Shown piece by piece: positions 18,280 through 28,823 of a DNA stretch of 64,000 bases. Position numbers and translations under genes: made by a program. The stretch spans positions 128,001 through 192,000 of IMG/VR virus record IMGVR_UViG_3300050821_001527, one strand, 5' to 3'. This DNA comes from a virus. Its lineage: Duplodnaviria; Caudoviricetes. The notes beneath the pieces were generated by a model, which did not search any database, was not told the DNA's origin, and was given only the letters and a program-made list of their open reading frames with translations. Numbering within the stretch: the first letter of the stretch is position 1; every line of letters starts with the position of its first letter.

Positions 18280-19056
18280 ATGATTGAACAGCTTTCGAGC
18301 AAGAATCAGCGCATCCTTGTTTTCGCCGACCCGCATCAGGAGATTGACAAGGTGAGCAACATTCTGAAAAGGGAACAGGCCGACAAGGTGGTTTGTTTGG
18401 GTGACTGGTTTGACAGTTTTCATCTTGAGAACGTCCGCTACAGCATCAAGACCGCCGCCTATCTTCAAAAGCTGGTCTTCCAACCCAACTTCCTTACCCT
18501 GTTCGGGAACCACGACGTTCATTACTTTTGGGGCAAGAACGAACACGCGCTTTGCAGCGGGTGGACGAAGGATAAGGACAAGGCCATCATAGGCGCGTTC
18601 GAGGGCAAGATGGCGGAAGTCAGGGACAAATTTCAGTGGTTCGTCTGGATTGACGACTATCTTTGCACCCACGCCGGGGTTCATCCTTACCACTTCCCTC
18701 CCATGCTTGAAGCCGACAAGAAAGGCATCAGCACATGGTTGAAGAAAGCCGGTGAACACGCAGAATTGAGTCTCGCCAGTGGAGGCTCGCATTGGTTCTT
18801 CCGTGCCGGGGAAGCCAGAGGCGGCAGTCAAAGAATCGGCGGAATCGTTTGGGCGGATTTTGATGACGAGTTTGAACCGATTGACGGGGTTAAGCAGTTG
18901 GTGGGCCACACCTATCATCGCCGCGCCGTCACGCATTACTCGAACAGGAATCTCGCCCGTGCCGAAGCGAACGATTTGGACATTGACTGCAATCTAACGG
19001 AGTATCTAATCATTCACAACGGCAAACTCGAAATCAAATCCTACTACGATTTATGA
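18280..19056 (+). CDS. Metallophosphoesterase
   Basis: DPH, LGDWFD, GNHD, THAG, VGHT. Confidence 0.9.
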   Translation: MIEQLSSKNQRILVFADPHQEIDKVSNILKREQADKVVCLGDWFDSFHLENVRYSIKTAAYLQKLVFQPNFLTLFGNHDVHYFWGKNEHALCSGWTKDKDKAIIGAFEGKMAEVRDKFQWFVWIDDYLCTHAGVHPYHFPPMLEADKKGISTWLKKAGEHAELSLASGGSHWFFRAGEARGGSQRIGGIVWADFDDEFEPIDGVKQLVGHTYHRRAVTHYSNRNLARAEANDLDIDCNLTEYLIIHNGKLEIKSYYDL

Positions 19057-19318
19057 TGGCAACCCTGAAAAAGTCCGTAGAAGTCGAAGGCCAGAAACTC
19101 GAAAAGGGAGCATTCGGGAAAGTCCTTGGTCATTGCTGGAATGAGGCCCATGAGGATTCTGTCTATGTCGAATTCCCAGCGGGAAAATTTCCTGTGGATA
19201 AAGCCTTGGTTGACTTAAAATAATCATGGGCAGAATCTTGGAATACTTTTCTGAACCACCGAATGAGAATGATTTCTTCGGAGTAAATTTACGCGAAACA
19301 ATACAAACACTTCCTAAA

Positions 19319-19717
19319 ATGAGCAAAGCAACAAAAATCCTACTCGTTCTGTCCCTTCTAACGGTCATTTGGACAGCAGACGTAATCGTCGGCCACTACC
19401 ACCACCCTGTCGCCCCGGCCCCTTCACAAAGGTCGCTGGTTTATGGTGTGAGCAATTACATCAAGGACGCCAACCACATTATCCTTCTTGGCAACCGCAT
19501 TGGAGTCGTGGGAACGAACAACCTGTTCATTTTGGGAGGATGGGACGCCAGCCTGCCGGTTATCTCCACCAAGATTAGCGAAAGCGAGTTTCAGACAATC
19601 AGCAACGTTATTGTGAGGGCGGCAATCGAAAAAAGCAAGCAACCACGCCCGCAAGCCAAGGTTGTTCCCGCGCCCGCAGCCCCAACCAACGCTCCAAACC
19701 CACTCGACCACCCCTAA
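19319..19717 (+). CDS. Membrane-anchored hypothetical protein
   Basis: N-terminal TM helix. Confidence 0.65.
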   Translation: MSKATKILLVLSLLTVIWTADVIVGHYHHPVAPAPSQRSLVYGVSNYIKDANHIILLGNRIGVVGTNNLFILGGWDASLPVISTKISESEFQTISNVIVRAAIEKSKQPRPQAKVVPAPAAPTNAPNPLDHP

Positions 19718-20097
19718 TGAAGCTCTATGTAGTCCAAAATCGTGAAGGTAAGTTCTTCCGTTCGGTAGGCTACAACGGAGGACATACGGGCGGTGTCAAG
19801 GGGAACTGGGTTGACACTCTCGACAAGGCGAAATTCTATGCCAAAATCGGTCAGGCCAAAAGCCGAGTCACTTTCTTCTACAAGGCGTGGCCATCGTTCG
19901 GATGCCCCGATATTCTCGAATTTGAGATAGACGTGGCGATGGCGAAAGTCCTCGACATGAAGGCTGCTACTGACAAGAAAATTGCCAAGGCCCGCAAGGT
20001 TGAAGCAGAAAAACAGAGCGAACGCGCCGAAAGACACAGGCAATATCTGGAAAGTGAGCAGGCCAGAATCGCCAGCGAGCTTAAAAAATTGAATTAA
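19717..20097 (+). CDS. Hypothetical protein
   Basis: 126 aa ORF, TAATG overlap. Confidence 0.7.
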   Translation: MKLYVVQNREGKFFRSVGYNGGHTGGVKGNWVDTLDKAKFYAKIGQAKSRVTFFYKAWPSFGCPDILEFEIDVAMAKVLDMKAATDKKIAKARKVEAEKQSERAERHRQYLESEQARIASELKKLN

Positions 20098-20099
20098 AT

Positions 20100-20547
20100 A
20101 TGGACAAGGAAATAGCTCTTGACCTTCTCAAAGATACCTTTGACGAGGAAATTGCCCATTTGAGGTTGCGTATCATTCGTGACGCGCAGGCTCCGCGTTT
20201 TGAGGCTTTACGTGCCACGCACCCGGAAATCCACGCGGATTTTGTGAAGGCGCGAACCGGCCCGCATGAAGTGCTGCTGCAAGCCCGCAGAAAACGCATA
20301 CAAGTTCTCACCAAGCTTATCGAAAATGGATAAACCCACACAATCAGGCGCGGGTAAAGGAGACAAACCCCGCCCAACCAATCCAAAAGTTTTCGCGGAG
20401 AATTTTGATGCGATTGATTGGGGACATGCCCCCAAAATCACGGATGCCGCGCTCCATCAGTTTTATAAGAACACCTGTAACACCCGACAGGTTTCATTCG
20501 CGGAATTCAAAAGGAACTATTATGCTACTAGCAGCCCTAACAGGTAG
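20100..20547 (+). CDS. Two short hypothetical ORFs (20100-20333, 20326-20547)
   Basis: Co-directional chain. Confidence 0.55.
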
Positions 20548-20650
20548 GGAGATTTTTGCGGTGCTGTTTTGGGCCATGCTGATTGTTTCCGCATTTATGT
20601 GTGGAAAGGAAAGCTCTTGACAACCAAAGAGTAATGGGATAATATTAGGT

Positions 20651-20896
20651 ATGACTTTTCTTAATGTCGAACAAGTAATGGACGGGCAGAACGGGACTAT
20701 TACAAGAGCCATCATCTGCACCGCAGTCGTCGCGGAAACCTTCGTGGAAGCGATTCAGAAGTTGAAGGACAACGCTGCCAGGATAAATCTCAAATGGGAA
20801 GTCGAGAAGGAGGACGACCAAGACTTTGAATACGTCATTAAGCAGGCGTATCCGGTCTATGGCTCCATGAAGAATCGCCAGTTGAGGATTATATGA
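20651..20896 (+). CDS. Hypothetical protein, tandem paralog A
   Basis: After promoter 20617-20645; similar to 20893-21132. Confidence 0.7.
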   Translation: MTFLNVEQVMDGQNGTITRAIICTAVVAETFVEAIQKLKDNAARINLKWEVEKEDDQDFEYVIKQAYPVYGSMKNRQLRII

Positions 20897-21132
20897 TATT
20901 AATTCTTACCGAGCAGCCCATGAATGGCTCGAAATCAATGGCCGTTTACACAACGGGCGTCGAGGCTGACTCTTTCAAGGAGGCTGTGGCGCGTGTTAAA
21001 AACGCCGGGGCGGAAAAGAATCTCAAGCCTGTAATCCATTCGGATAACGATGCGGAATTTTCATTTACCATTCCGTCCGATATGTTTCCGATATTTGGGG
21101 TCATGCGTAACTCGGCTCTGAAAATGCTATGA
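20893..21132 (+). CDS. Hypothetical protein, tandem paralog B
   Basis: Similar to 20651-20896. Confidence 0.7.
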   Translation: MILILTEQPMNGSKSMAVYTTGVEADSFKEAVARVKNAGAEKNLKPVIHSDNDAEFSFTIPSDMFPIFGVMRNSALKML

Positions 21133-21515
21133 GCAAGCTCAATAACACCGTGGTCTGTAAACATTGTCAGGCCGAAATGAAGGCAATTTACGCGGTCTGC
21201 CCGGTTTGCGGCATGAGACAGGACGGCAAGAATACAACCGAGCTATGTCAGAAGTGCGGGACGCAATATCTCAAGGGCGGCTCCTGCGATTGCGAGGGCG
21301 AGACACGATTGTTCTTTGGTCGCCCGATTAGGAAAGATACCACGGCGCAGTTTTTCCAAGACCCGTTGACCATCGAAGAATTTAAGGCGACCATCGCAGG
21401 CAGCTTCGACGCTTTCGCGCAGAACATGAAAACTATCGGTCATGCCGGGGACAAACACGTCGAGCTATGGGCCGAGCAATACCTTGCGTGGCTGGAAATT
21501 GAACAGGAACGATAA
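21129..21515 (+). CDS. Double zinc-ribbon hypothetical protein
   Basis: CKHC, CPVC, CQKC, SCDC. Confidence 0.7.
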   Translation: MSKLNNTVVCKHCQAEMKAIYAVCPVCGMRQDGKNTTELCQKCGTQYLKGGSCDCEGETRLFFGRPIRKDTTAQFFQDPLTIEEFKATIAGSFDAFAQNMKTIGHAGDKHVELWAEQYLAWLEIEQER

Positions 21516-21516
21516 T

Positions 21517-21711
21517 ATGGACTGGTGCTGCGAAGATTTGAAAAGAAATTTCACGCTGTCTGTGGATTACCAAGACATTCGTGAACTCTATAATGGCAAG
21601 TGTCCGTATTGCAAATCCGTAGCGAAGATTGGAGCGGAAAGGCCGGTTGGCAGAGTCATCCCCATGTCCGAGTTAAAGGCTTGGGCCGAAAAAACGTGGA
21701 GTCCTCTATGA
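21517..21711 (+). CDS. Hypothetical protein
   Basis: CC...CPYC. Confidence 0.55.
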   Translation: MDWCCEDLKRNFTLSVDYQDIRELYNGKCPYCKSVAKIGAERPVGRVIPMSELKAWAEKTWSPL

Positions 21712-22094
21712 GAGAGATAAGATTCCGCGTTTGGGACAAAAAGTATCAGCGATTCGTCAGCATCGAACCATTTGATACTGACCTGAACGACACGTTCGCC
21801 AACGACTCTTTCATCTTCCAGCAATGGACTGGCCTGCAAGACAGGAATGGCAAGGATATTTACGAAGGCGACATAGTTAGTGTCTATGACCCGGACAACA
21901 AGTTCGTGGTATCTTTTGGGAAAACGGAAAGGCAAGTTCTTTCCTATGATGGGCACACGATATTGCCCATTGAAATCGTTGGGTTCTATTTCAAGGCTCT
22001 GGATAACGGTCAGCCTTACTATAGCATCACCAATAATACCTTGGGCGAACACGACCTTAAAGGCACAATAGTCGTAGGACACGTTTTAAGCTAA
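21708..22094 (+). CDS. YopX family protein (second copy)
   Basis: MREIRFRVWD...QWTGLQDRNGKDIYEGDIV. Confidence 0.92.
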   Translation: MREIRFRVWDKKYQRFVSIEPFDTDLNDTFANDSFIFQQWTGLQDRNGKDIYEGDIVSVYDPDNKFVVSFGKTERQVLSYDGHTILPIEIVGFYFKALDNGQPYYSITNNTLGEHDLKGTIVVGHVLS

Positions 22095-22100
22095 CACAAT

Positions 22101-23192
22101 ATGAACAACACCGACCAAGAATACTTCCGTCTCCTGCGCCTTATCCTCGATAATGGCCGCACGAAAGTCAATCGAACCGGCGTGGATACCATCGGCGTTT
22201 TCGGCGCACAGGCGCGTTTCAATCTCGCCGAAGGCTTCCCACTTCTAACTACCAAGAAAGTCTTTCTCAAGGCCATCATCCACGAACTGCTCTGGTTCAT
22301 CAAGGGCGACACGAATATCAAGTATCTGGTTGATAACGACGTTCACATTTGGGACGAGTGGGCCTACAAGCGTTTCTGCGATGCTCAAAAAGGGACGGAC
22401 GGAGTTATTACGAAAGCCCTTATTGACCAAAAGCAATTCATTCAGAATATCAAGGAATTTCCTGAATTTGCCGCTAGATGGGGCGACCTTGGAGAAGGCA
22501 CCTACGGAGGCATGTGGAGGGCGTTTCCTTACTACCGCGAATACGATGACGGCGAGGATGGTTCCGACTGCGCTACTATACAACGCGCCCATGAAACGAT
22601 TGACCAACTCAAAAAAGTCGTGGATAAGCTGAAAACCAATCCCGATGACCGTCGCATGATTGTCAGCGCGTGGCATCCTTACTGGGTTGACCATTGTGCC
22701 CTACCGCCGTGTCATTGTCTTTTCCACTTCAACACGGAAGAACTAACCGTCTCTGAGCGACTGGACGTGTATCACAAGGGAGGCTACAACTTGCTTCCGA
22801 AGTATCTTGGCGCGGACGATGCCACGGCGCACAAGAATCTGGATGATATTGGCGTTCCCAAACGCAGGCTTAACTGCTTGCTCTATCAACGCTCCTGTGA
22901 CACGTTCTTAGGCGTTCCATTCAATATCGCCAGCTACGCGCTCTTGACGAGCATGATTGCCAAGGTGGTCAACATGGTTCCCGGCGAGTTTGTCCACACC
23001 TACGGCGACTTGCACATTTACAAGAACCATCTGGAACAGGTCAAGGAACAGCTTTCGCGCAAACCGTTCGACAAGCTTCCTACCTTGAAACTGAACCCCG
23101 CCGTCACCGATTTATTTCAATATAAATACGAGGACATTTCAGTCATGGGATATGAATGTCATCCCGCCATCAAAGCCCCCATCGCTGTCTAA
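22101..23192 (+). CDS. thyA: Thymidylate synthase
   Basis: [44 protein letters not shown]. Confidence 0.97.
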   Translation: MNNTDQEYFRLLRLILDNGRTKVNRTGVDTIGVFGAQARFNLAEGFPLLTTKKVFLKAIIHELLWFIKGDTNIKYLVDNDVHIWDEWAYKRFCDAQKGTDGVITKALIDQKQFIQNIKEFPEFAARWGDLGEGTYGGMWRAFPYYREYDDGEDGSDCATIQRAHETIDQLKKVVDKLKTNPDDRRMIVSAWHPYWVDHCALPPCHCLFHFNTEELTVSERLDVYHKGGYNLLPKYLGADDATAHKNLDDIGVPKRRLNCLLYQRSCDTFLGVPFNIASYALLTSMIAKVVNMVPGEFVHTYGDLHIYKNHLEQVKEQLSRKPFDKLPTLKLNPAVTDLFQYKYEDISVMGYECHPAIKAPIAV

Positions 23193-23193
23193 T

Positions 23194-23648
23194 ATGAAAA
23201 CCAACGAACGTAAAGACGCGGAAGAAATCGTCAGAAGGCTGCGCGAGCGCAATCCCGCAGCTTTCAATGGACTCATAGACGAGAACATTACATTGGAGGA
23301 CTTCGCTGAAATAGTCATTGTCCAATACAAGGCTTTCAACGCGGGAGCCAAAGAGTTGAGGCCCGACAAGAACGTAAAGGTTCCAGATTACGTTTGGTCA
23401 ACCGAAGGCTACGACCCAAGCAGATTGCCAAAATGAAATTCGACCACGAACATTGCGATAAGTGCGAGAAAGTAACCCCGCACTACAACGGGAAGTGCGG
23501 CCCCTGTGAAACGGCAGCGGGAAACAAGGCCCGCCGCCTGCACTTTGCTTCCCTAAAGGGCTTGACAGTTGAGGAAAGGCTTGATAGGATTGAAAAGTGG
23601 CAATACGAAATGCAAATCAGTCCCCCGTGGATTGAGCCAACCTACTAA
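23194..23648 (+). CDS. Two short hypothetical ORFs (23194-23436, 23433-23648)
   Basis: Overlap chain; second has CDKC/CGPC. Confidence 0.55.
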
Positions 23649-23857
23649 ACCATGAACTACCGAAACGAAATACCTGCTGGAATCCCCCGAAATAAGACCG
23701 AACTGCGAGAAATGCAAGCCGCCCAAGTCAAGACCCCTCCGCTTACGGCTGGATTGGTTATTTTGGGTGCGGCGTTCGTCATTTTACTGGGCGTTTTGAC
23801 GATTATCCACATGGTTCGCTAATACGAATCAATAAAATTCAATAAATTGAAATAAAT

Positions 23858-24361
23858 ATGGCAACTTTTCGCGCAATCGTGGCAATGGGTGAAAATCGTG
23901 AAATCGGCGAGGGAGACAAGATTCCTTGGCGTCTCAAGGCCGATATGCAGCACTTTAAACGCACCACCATGAACGGCCATGTCCTTTTTGGCCGCAAGAC
24001 GTTTGATTGCCTGCCCAATAAGACCCTCGTAAACCGCACCATTTGGGTTCTGACGCGCCGTAACCCTGACGGATGGACTAAGACGACCAACCACGGTCTG
24101 ACGCTCTCCTGCGCCACCAACGTCGTGGAATCGCTATCCCAGCTTCCCGACGGACAGGACTATTGGGTTTGTGGAGGTTCTCAAATCTATTCCCTGCTCT
24201 TGGACAAGCTGGACGAGGTAGTCTGCACCCATGTTTCGGGTAAATTTTCCCAAGCGGACGCCCACATGTCTGCATTCGAGCATCTTTTCGCCCGAAAAGA
24301 CATCTTGACTACCGGCGAAGGATACAGTATCGTCAGGTATTATGATAAGATTACTGGTTAG
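23858..24361 (+). CDS. folA: Dihydrofolate reductase
   Basis: IVAMGENREIG...IPWRLKADMQHFK...GRKTF...VCGGSQIY. Confidence 0.95.
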   Translation: MATFRAIVAMGENREIGEGDKIPWRLKADMQHFKRTTMNGHVLFGRKTFDCLPNKTLVNRTIWVLTRRNPDGWTKTTNHGLTLSCATNVVESLSQLPDGQDYWVCGGSQIYSLLLDKLDEVVCTHVSGKFSQADAHMSAFEHLFARKDILTTGEGYSIVRYYDKITG

Positions 24362-24500
24362 AATTTTCTGCGCTTTAGTTTTTGGGAAGCAGCCCCATTT
24401 TCATACGTGGGGCAAATGGGAAACTGAATGCCGCAGCACTTGGTCAAGACAGCATCGCCAATGTCGCACCTGTGGCAAGGAACAATCTAGGATATTTTAA
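24342..24500 (+). CDS. Small HxWxKW...RxCxxCG protein (52 aa, not in ORF track)
   Basis: Manual translation ...HTWGKW...RQCRTCGKEQ. Confidence 0.6.
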   Translation: MIRLLVRIFCALVFGKQPHFHTWGKWETECRSTWSRQHRQCRTCGKEQSRIF

Positions 24501-24636
24501 GTGTTGAAGATGGCCCTGCCGATGCCTTTGACGAAGAACCAAAGGTTATTCCAGCGCAGGACGAGAATGCTCAATAGGAAGCATTGAACATTGAGTAGCA
24601 AACTTTCGAGACGTTCGTTCACTTATTATATTACAC

Positions 24637-25227
24637 ATGGATGGCCTGAAAAACAGAACTGGTTGGCAGAATGCCAGCAGCCTCAAAGCTTCCGCGACTG
24701 AAAGCAGCTTCGCACAGGCCATGAGCGCGGCTTTCGTGGGAACGGATTTTCGTTTGAGGCATAAGCCAAGGGAGTTCCGAAACATCTATCTACAAATTCC
24801 CTTGGATGCAGCCATCGCCGCCTCCATTTATCAGCCGATTAAGCCTTACAAGCACGGTGTTATTCCCGACTATGCCATTGACAACATTGTCACTGGGAAA
24901 ACGCTCTACGTCGAAGTCAAACGTCAGGATGGCTGGGTGGAGGGAAAGACCAGTTCGGCAGGGAGAGGAAACGCCCATGAAAGGTCTTGTAAATTCTTTA
25001 CGCCCGGATTGCTGCAAATTTTAAGGGCCAAAGGGAAGCTGGATGATTCAGTTTTGCCGTTTTGGGCCGTATATCAGGGAGATATTGCGCGTGACCCGAA
25101 GCGTGTCCGTGAAATCCATTGCTGGTTCAGCGGGTATTCCAACCACTTCTTTCTGTGGCAGGACATAAATATCTCGCATCCTTTAGTTACCCATTTTCAA
25201 ACCAAACTGAAACAAATCCTCGAATGA
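24637..25227 (+). CDS. munIR: Type II restriction endonuclease, MunI-like (CAATTG); no adjacent methyltransferase
   Basis: PDYAI..EVKRQDGWVEGK..SAGRGNAHERSCKFFTPGLL..LPFW..GDI.RDPKRVREI matches recalled R.MunI. Confidence 0.88.
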   Translation: MDGLKNRTGWQNASSLKASATESSFAQAMSAAFVGTDFRLRHKPREFRNIYLQIPLDAAIAASIYQPIKPYKHGVIPDYAIDNIVTGKTLYVEVKRQDGWVEGKTSSAGRGNAHERSCKFFTPGLLQILRAKGKLDDSVLPFWAVYQGDIARDPKRVREIHCWFSGYSNHFFLWQDINISHPLVTHFQTKLKQILE

Positions 25228-26798
25228 ATCCCATCCCTCTAATCCCGTTCGACAAACCCGAGTGGCGCGTGGTCAAAGAAAAGCACGTCCGCTACAAGAT
25301 TGTCAACTACAAGAAATATTACCAGCGTTCGCCCGGAACACCGCGCAACGGCAAGACGATTTTCGTTTATGACTTCGGTGACGGGTTGAACGTCATTCGC
25401 ATGAGCTATTCCGCCTCCAAGGGTGCAACCGGAGTGGAATTCGCCCGCCAAGGAGCCGACACGTTTCGTTTGCGTGTCAGGAACGGCAGGCTGGTCATTT
25501 GGAAAACCCAACTTACCCCGGACAGGGGCCGCATCGTCCGCAATGTTTCCAACCGCATTGACGACCTGAAAAGAATTTTGCTGAACTTTGGCAATAAGAA
25601 TACCTATTCCAAACCTTTCCAGAAGCCTGAACCAAAGCCTAAGCAGGAACAGTCCGATGAAATCCCCCTGAGCCACAGAATCTCCGAGCTTATGGACAGT
25701 AGTAGCGACTGGCCAGAAGTTACGAAAACCCAAGTGCGTGTGATTAAGTCTGTAAACGCACGTCTGAACAAGATTTTGATTCACTTCCTCAAGCGTCACG
25801 GAATCAAGTTCAAATACGGCAGGGACTTCTTCGAGAATCTGCGTGTCGCCTGCTATCCCTTCACGGAAGGTTTCGCCCTCAAGAGCAATTCGCTCAACGC
25901 GGTTTACTCGCGCCATTTTATTCACGGGGACATTAAGCATGTAGTCAAGAAATGCTTCGGCACGGACGGCGGAAAGCTTACCCGCATGGTCTGCGAACGA
26001 ATCCGTAAAGACCAAAACTTCGATGTTCTGTGTCTAGGCGCGGTCATCAAGGGACTCATGCCCGTGGATTATGTCTATCAGGCTTTGGAGAAGGCCAACG
26101 TCACCAAAATCAAGGACGTTGACAAAAATCGAGTAGGCGTCAAATTGAACGTCGTCAGGGCATTACTCAAGAACTACAACGCCTCCCGCGTTTTGAAGCT
26201 CGTTCTCGACGAGAATTTCGGAGAATGGTATTTCAACGACTCCATCATCATTTACGGCCAGCGTAAAGCCGAGCCTGACTTCCAGATTATCGAAAAGCCG
26301 AAAAGCTGGCAGGAAATACACGACTATCTCGCGCCCCGCCGTCTAGCAGCTTCCGTCAAGACCGAAGAAATGGAACTGCCCGTCTCGCCGAAATACAAGG
26401 AGATAGACGGATTGGAATACGAAGGATTCAAGATAGAAGTCCCCAAGCACACGAACGACCTTGTTTCCTACGCCAACCAGATGCAGAACTGTATTCGCTG
26501 GTATGGCTCACAGGTAGTCGCCAAGCAATGCAACATCCTTGGTATCTACAAGGAGGATAAGCTGGTTTACAACATTTCGATTCGCAGCAAGGTCATTGAC
26601 CAGTTCAGGGGTAAGTGTAATTCCGAACCAGACCCGGAGGATAAGTCAAAGATTCTCAAGGCTCTCTTGGAGAAGGGAATCATTTCCTCGCTACCCGACG
26701 ACAGACGAGACTCTTTGGCTCTGGCCCGCGCAGTTATCGCCCCGCCCGTCCCGGTTCCCCTTGTAGTGGCAAACGACGACGGAGGCGTTCCATTCTAA
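25224..26798 (+). CDS. PcfJ domain-containing protein
   Basis: C-terminal VPK...L..YANQMQNCI..Y...QFRGKCN. Confidence 0.8.
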   Translation: MNPIPLIPFDKPEWRVVKEKHVRYKIVNYKKYYQRSPGTPRNGKTIFVYDFGDGLNVIRMSYSASKGATGVEFARQGADTFRLRVRNGRLVIWKTQLTPDRGRIVRNVSNRIDDLKRILLNFGNKNTYSKPFQKPEPKPKQEQSDEIPLSHRISELMDSSSDWPEVTKTQVRVIKSVNARLNKILIHFLKRHGIKFKYGRDFFENLRVACYPFTEGFALKSNSLNAVYSRHFIHGDIKHVVKKCFGTDGGKLTRMVCERIRKDQNFDVLCLGAVIKGLMPVDYVYQALEKANVTKIKDVDKNRVGVKLNVVRALLKNYNASRVLKLVLDENFGEWYFNDSIIIYGQRKAEPDFQIIEKPKSWQEIHDYLAPRRLAASVKTEEMELPVSPKYKEIDGLEYEGFKIEVPKHTNDLVSYANQMQNCIRWYGSQVVAKQCNILGIYKEDKLVYNISIRSKVIDQFRGKCNSEPDPEDKSKILKALLEKGIISSLPDDRRDSLALARAVIAPPVPVPLVVANDDGGVPF

Positions 26799-27265
26799 TG
26801 CAAAACAAAACATTCGGTTTCCAAACCCAAATGGCGATAGGCGACAAGGGAGAGCAGGACTTCAAACAATACTACGCTCATCTAGGCCCGGTCAAAAGCG
26901 AGGATAGGGCGATTGACTTCATTCTGGCCGATGGCACGACTGTCGAACTAAAATCCGACAGCTACCCGATGGAAAAGACCGAGAACTTTTTCATGGAAAC
27001 TTTGAGCGATACCAAGTCCGGCAAGCTTGGGGGTGTCTTTAGGGCAAGGAATGATAAAATTCATTTTTTTGTATATTATTACCCCGCCAACAAGACGTTC
27101 TTCTGGTTCGAGGTTGAAAAACTTTGTGCCGAAGTCGAAAGGCTGATTGGCACCGGAAAATACAGGGTCAAGTCCATCAAAAACAGGTCATGGACTACCG
27201 AGGGTTACGCCCTGTCCCGCAGCCTGTTCGAGAAGGTCATGCTGAGAAAAGACGTTTTTCCTTGA
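26798..27265 (+). CDS. PD-(D/E)XK-like nuclease fold protein
   Basis: IDFIL...VELKSD...NFFME. Confidence 0.6.
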   Translation: MQNKTFGFQTQMAIGDKGEQDFKQYYAHLGPVKSEDRAIDFILADGTTVELKSDSYPMEKTENFFMETLSDTKSGKLGGVFRARNDKIHFFVYYYPANKTFFWFEVEKLCAEVERLIGTGKYRVKSIKNRSWTTEGYALSRSLFEKVMLRKDVFP

Positions 27266-27290
27266 CTTTAGGCGTAAATACTGTCAATAT
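27262..27290 (+). promoter_or_regulatory. sigma70-type promoter for rtcB
   Basis: TTGACT-17-CAATAT, ATG 6 nt downstream. Confidence 0.7.
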
Positions 27291-27296
27291 CAGTAA

Positions 27297-28466
27297 ATGA
27301 AAATCTACGCCGAAAACACTCGCGTCCCAATCAAGTCTTGGTGTGAAAACCCGGAAGCCGGGGCTATCAAGCAGGCCGAGAACATGGCCAACCTGCCATT
27401 CACTTTCAGACACGTCGCCCTCATGCCCGACACCCATCAAGGCTTTGGTATGCCTATCGGTGGAGTTCTGGCTACCGATAACGTCATCATTCCGAACGCT
27501 GTCGGAGTTGACATTGGGTGCGGTATGTGTTCCATCGAATCCAACATCCAAACTTGGGACAGGGAACTGTTGACGGAAGCCATCAAGGAAATCCGCTACA
27601 ACGTTCCTGTCGGATTCAGCCGCCATCTTACCGCGAAGCCTGTGGACAAGCTGCCCGCCAGCACGTCCCCGAACGCCTACTATGAGAAGTTCCTTGAGCC
27701 GTCCCTGTTCCAACTCGGAACCTTGGGCGGCGGGAATCACTTCATCGAATTACAGAAGAACCCGAACGGAAATCTGTGCGTGATGATTCACTCTGGTAGC
27801 CGCAACATCGGGAAGCAGGTTGCCGACTATTACAACAAGCTCGCCCTCGCTCTGAACCAGCGTTATTTCAGTCAGGTCACGAAGGAAACCGACTTGGCGT
27901 TCCTGCCGCTTGACTCTGCCGAGGGTCAGGCTTACTTGGCGGAAATGACTTACTGTGTCGCGTTTGCCTTGGCGAACCGCATGGAAATGATGAACGCTTG
28001 CCAGCAAGCCATCTACAAGGTTTTCAAGCCTTTGCAACAGGTCGAGTTCACGAACTTCATCAACATTCCGCACAATTATGCGAAGGTTGAAAAGCACTTC
28101 GGCAAGGAAGTCGTCGTCCACCGCAAGGGCGCGACGAATGCCAGCGAGGGCGTCATTGGGCTAATCCCCGGCTCGCAGGGCACCAAGAGCTACGTGGTGC
28201 GCGGCAAGGGTAATCGTGAGAGCTTCGAGAGTTGCTCCCACGGCGCAGGCCGCAAGATGGGCCGCATGGTCGCCAAACGCACTCTGAACATCGAAGACGA
28301 GCAACGCAAGCTGGACGAACTTGGAGTCATTCATGCCGTCCGCGCCAACTCTGACTTGGACGAGGCTCCGGGTTCCTATAAGGACATTGACGTGGTTATG
28401 AGCGAGCAAACCGACCTGATTGACGTTATCGAAGAACGCACTCCTTTGGGAGTCGTGAAGGGGTAA
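27297..28466 (+). CDS. rtcB: RNA ligase RtcB
   Basis: MPDTHQG, VGVDIGCG, GTLGGGNHF, HSGSR, HRKGA, SHGAGR, DEAPGSYK. Confidence 0.97.
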   Translation: MKIYAENTRVPIKSWCENPEAGAIKQAENMANLPFTFRHVALMPDTHQGFGMPIGGVLATDNVIIPNAVGVDIGCGMCSIESNIQTWDRELLTEAIKEIRYNVPVGFSRHLTAKPVDKLPASTSPNAYYEKFLEPSLFQLGTLGGGNHFIELQKNPNGNLCVMIHSGSRNIGKQVADYYNKLALALNQRYFSQVTKETDLAFLPLDSAEGQAYLAEMTYCVAFALANRMEMMNACQQAIYKVFKPLQQVEFTNFINIPHNYAKVEKHFGKEVVVHRKGATNASEGVIGLIPGSQGTKSYVVRGKGNRESFESCSHGAGRKMGRMVAKRTLNIEDEQRKLDELGVIHAVRANSDLDEAPGSYKDIDVVMSEQTDLIDVIEERTPLGVVKG

Positions 28467-28823
28467 GGGGGCTATCCCCCATTTACGTTATGGGCTAATC
28501 GTGCTATGATGGAGTATGAAGTCAAAAATGAAAAAATTAGTCCATCAATGTTCAGCCGCAATATACGCGGCGACCAGCATTAAACCCGAGTTCACTGAAC
28601 TTGGGGAGTTCGTGTTATGGCAAATCGCGGTGGGTGTCGGCGATAAGGAGTCTTATCTCGACGCCCCGCGACCATGCCACAAAGACAGATAAATATGAGC
28701 AGACGATACAAGCAAGACGACGATACGACCCTGATGGGGATTGGGATGTTTTTCTTGTTCGTGGTTATCTCCTGAGTAGAAACCCTTGACACCAACCGAA
28801 AGCTGGGCTATTATTATAGAACG

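Noticed and set aside
23562-23635. Perfect promoter inside ORF 23433-23648 with GTG 6 nt downstream
   Set aside because: The downstream frame is only 12 codons; it may be an internal promoter for folA, but no gene is called
24501-24636. Remnant MunI methyltransferase
   Set aside because: No DPPW/NPPY or FxGxG motifs; only a small unrelated ORF and a spacer
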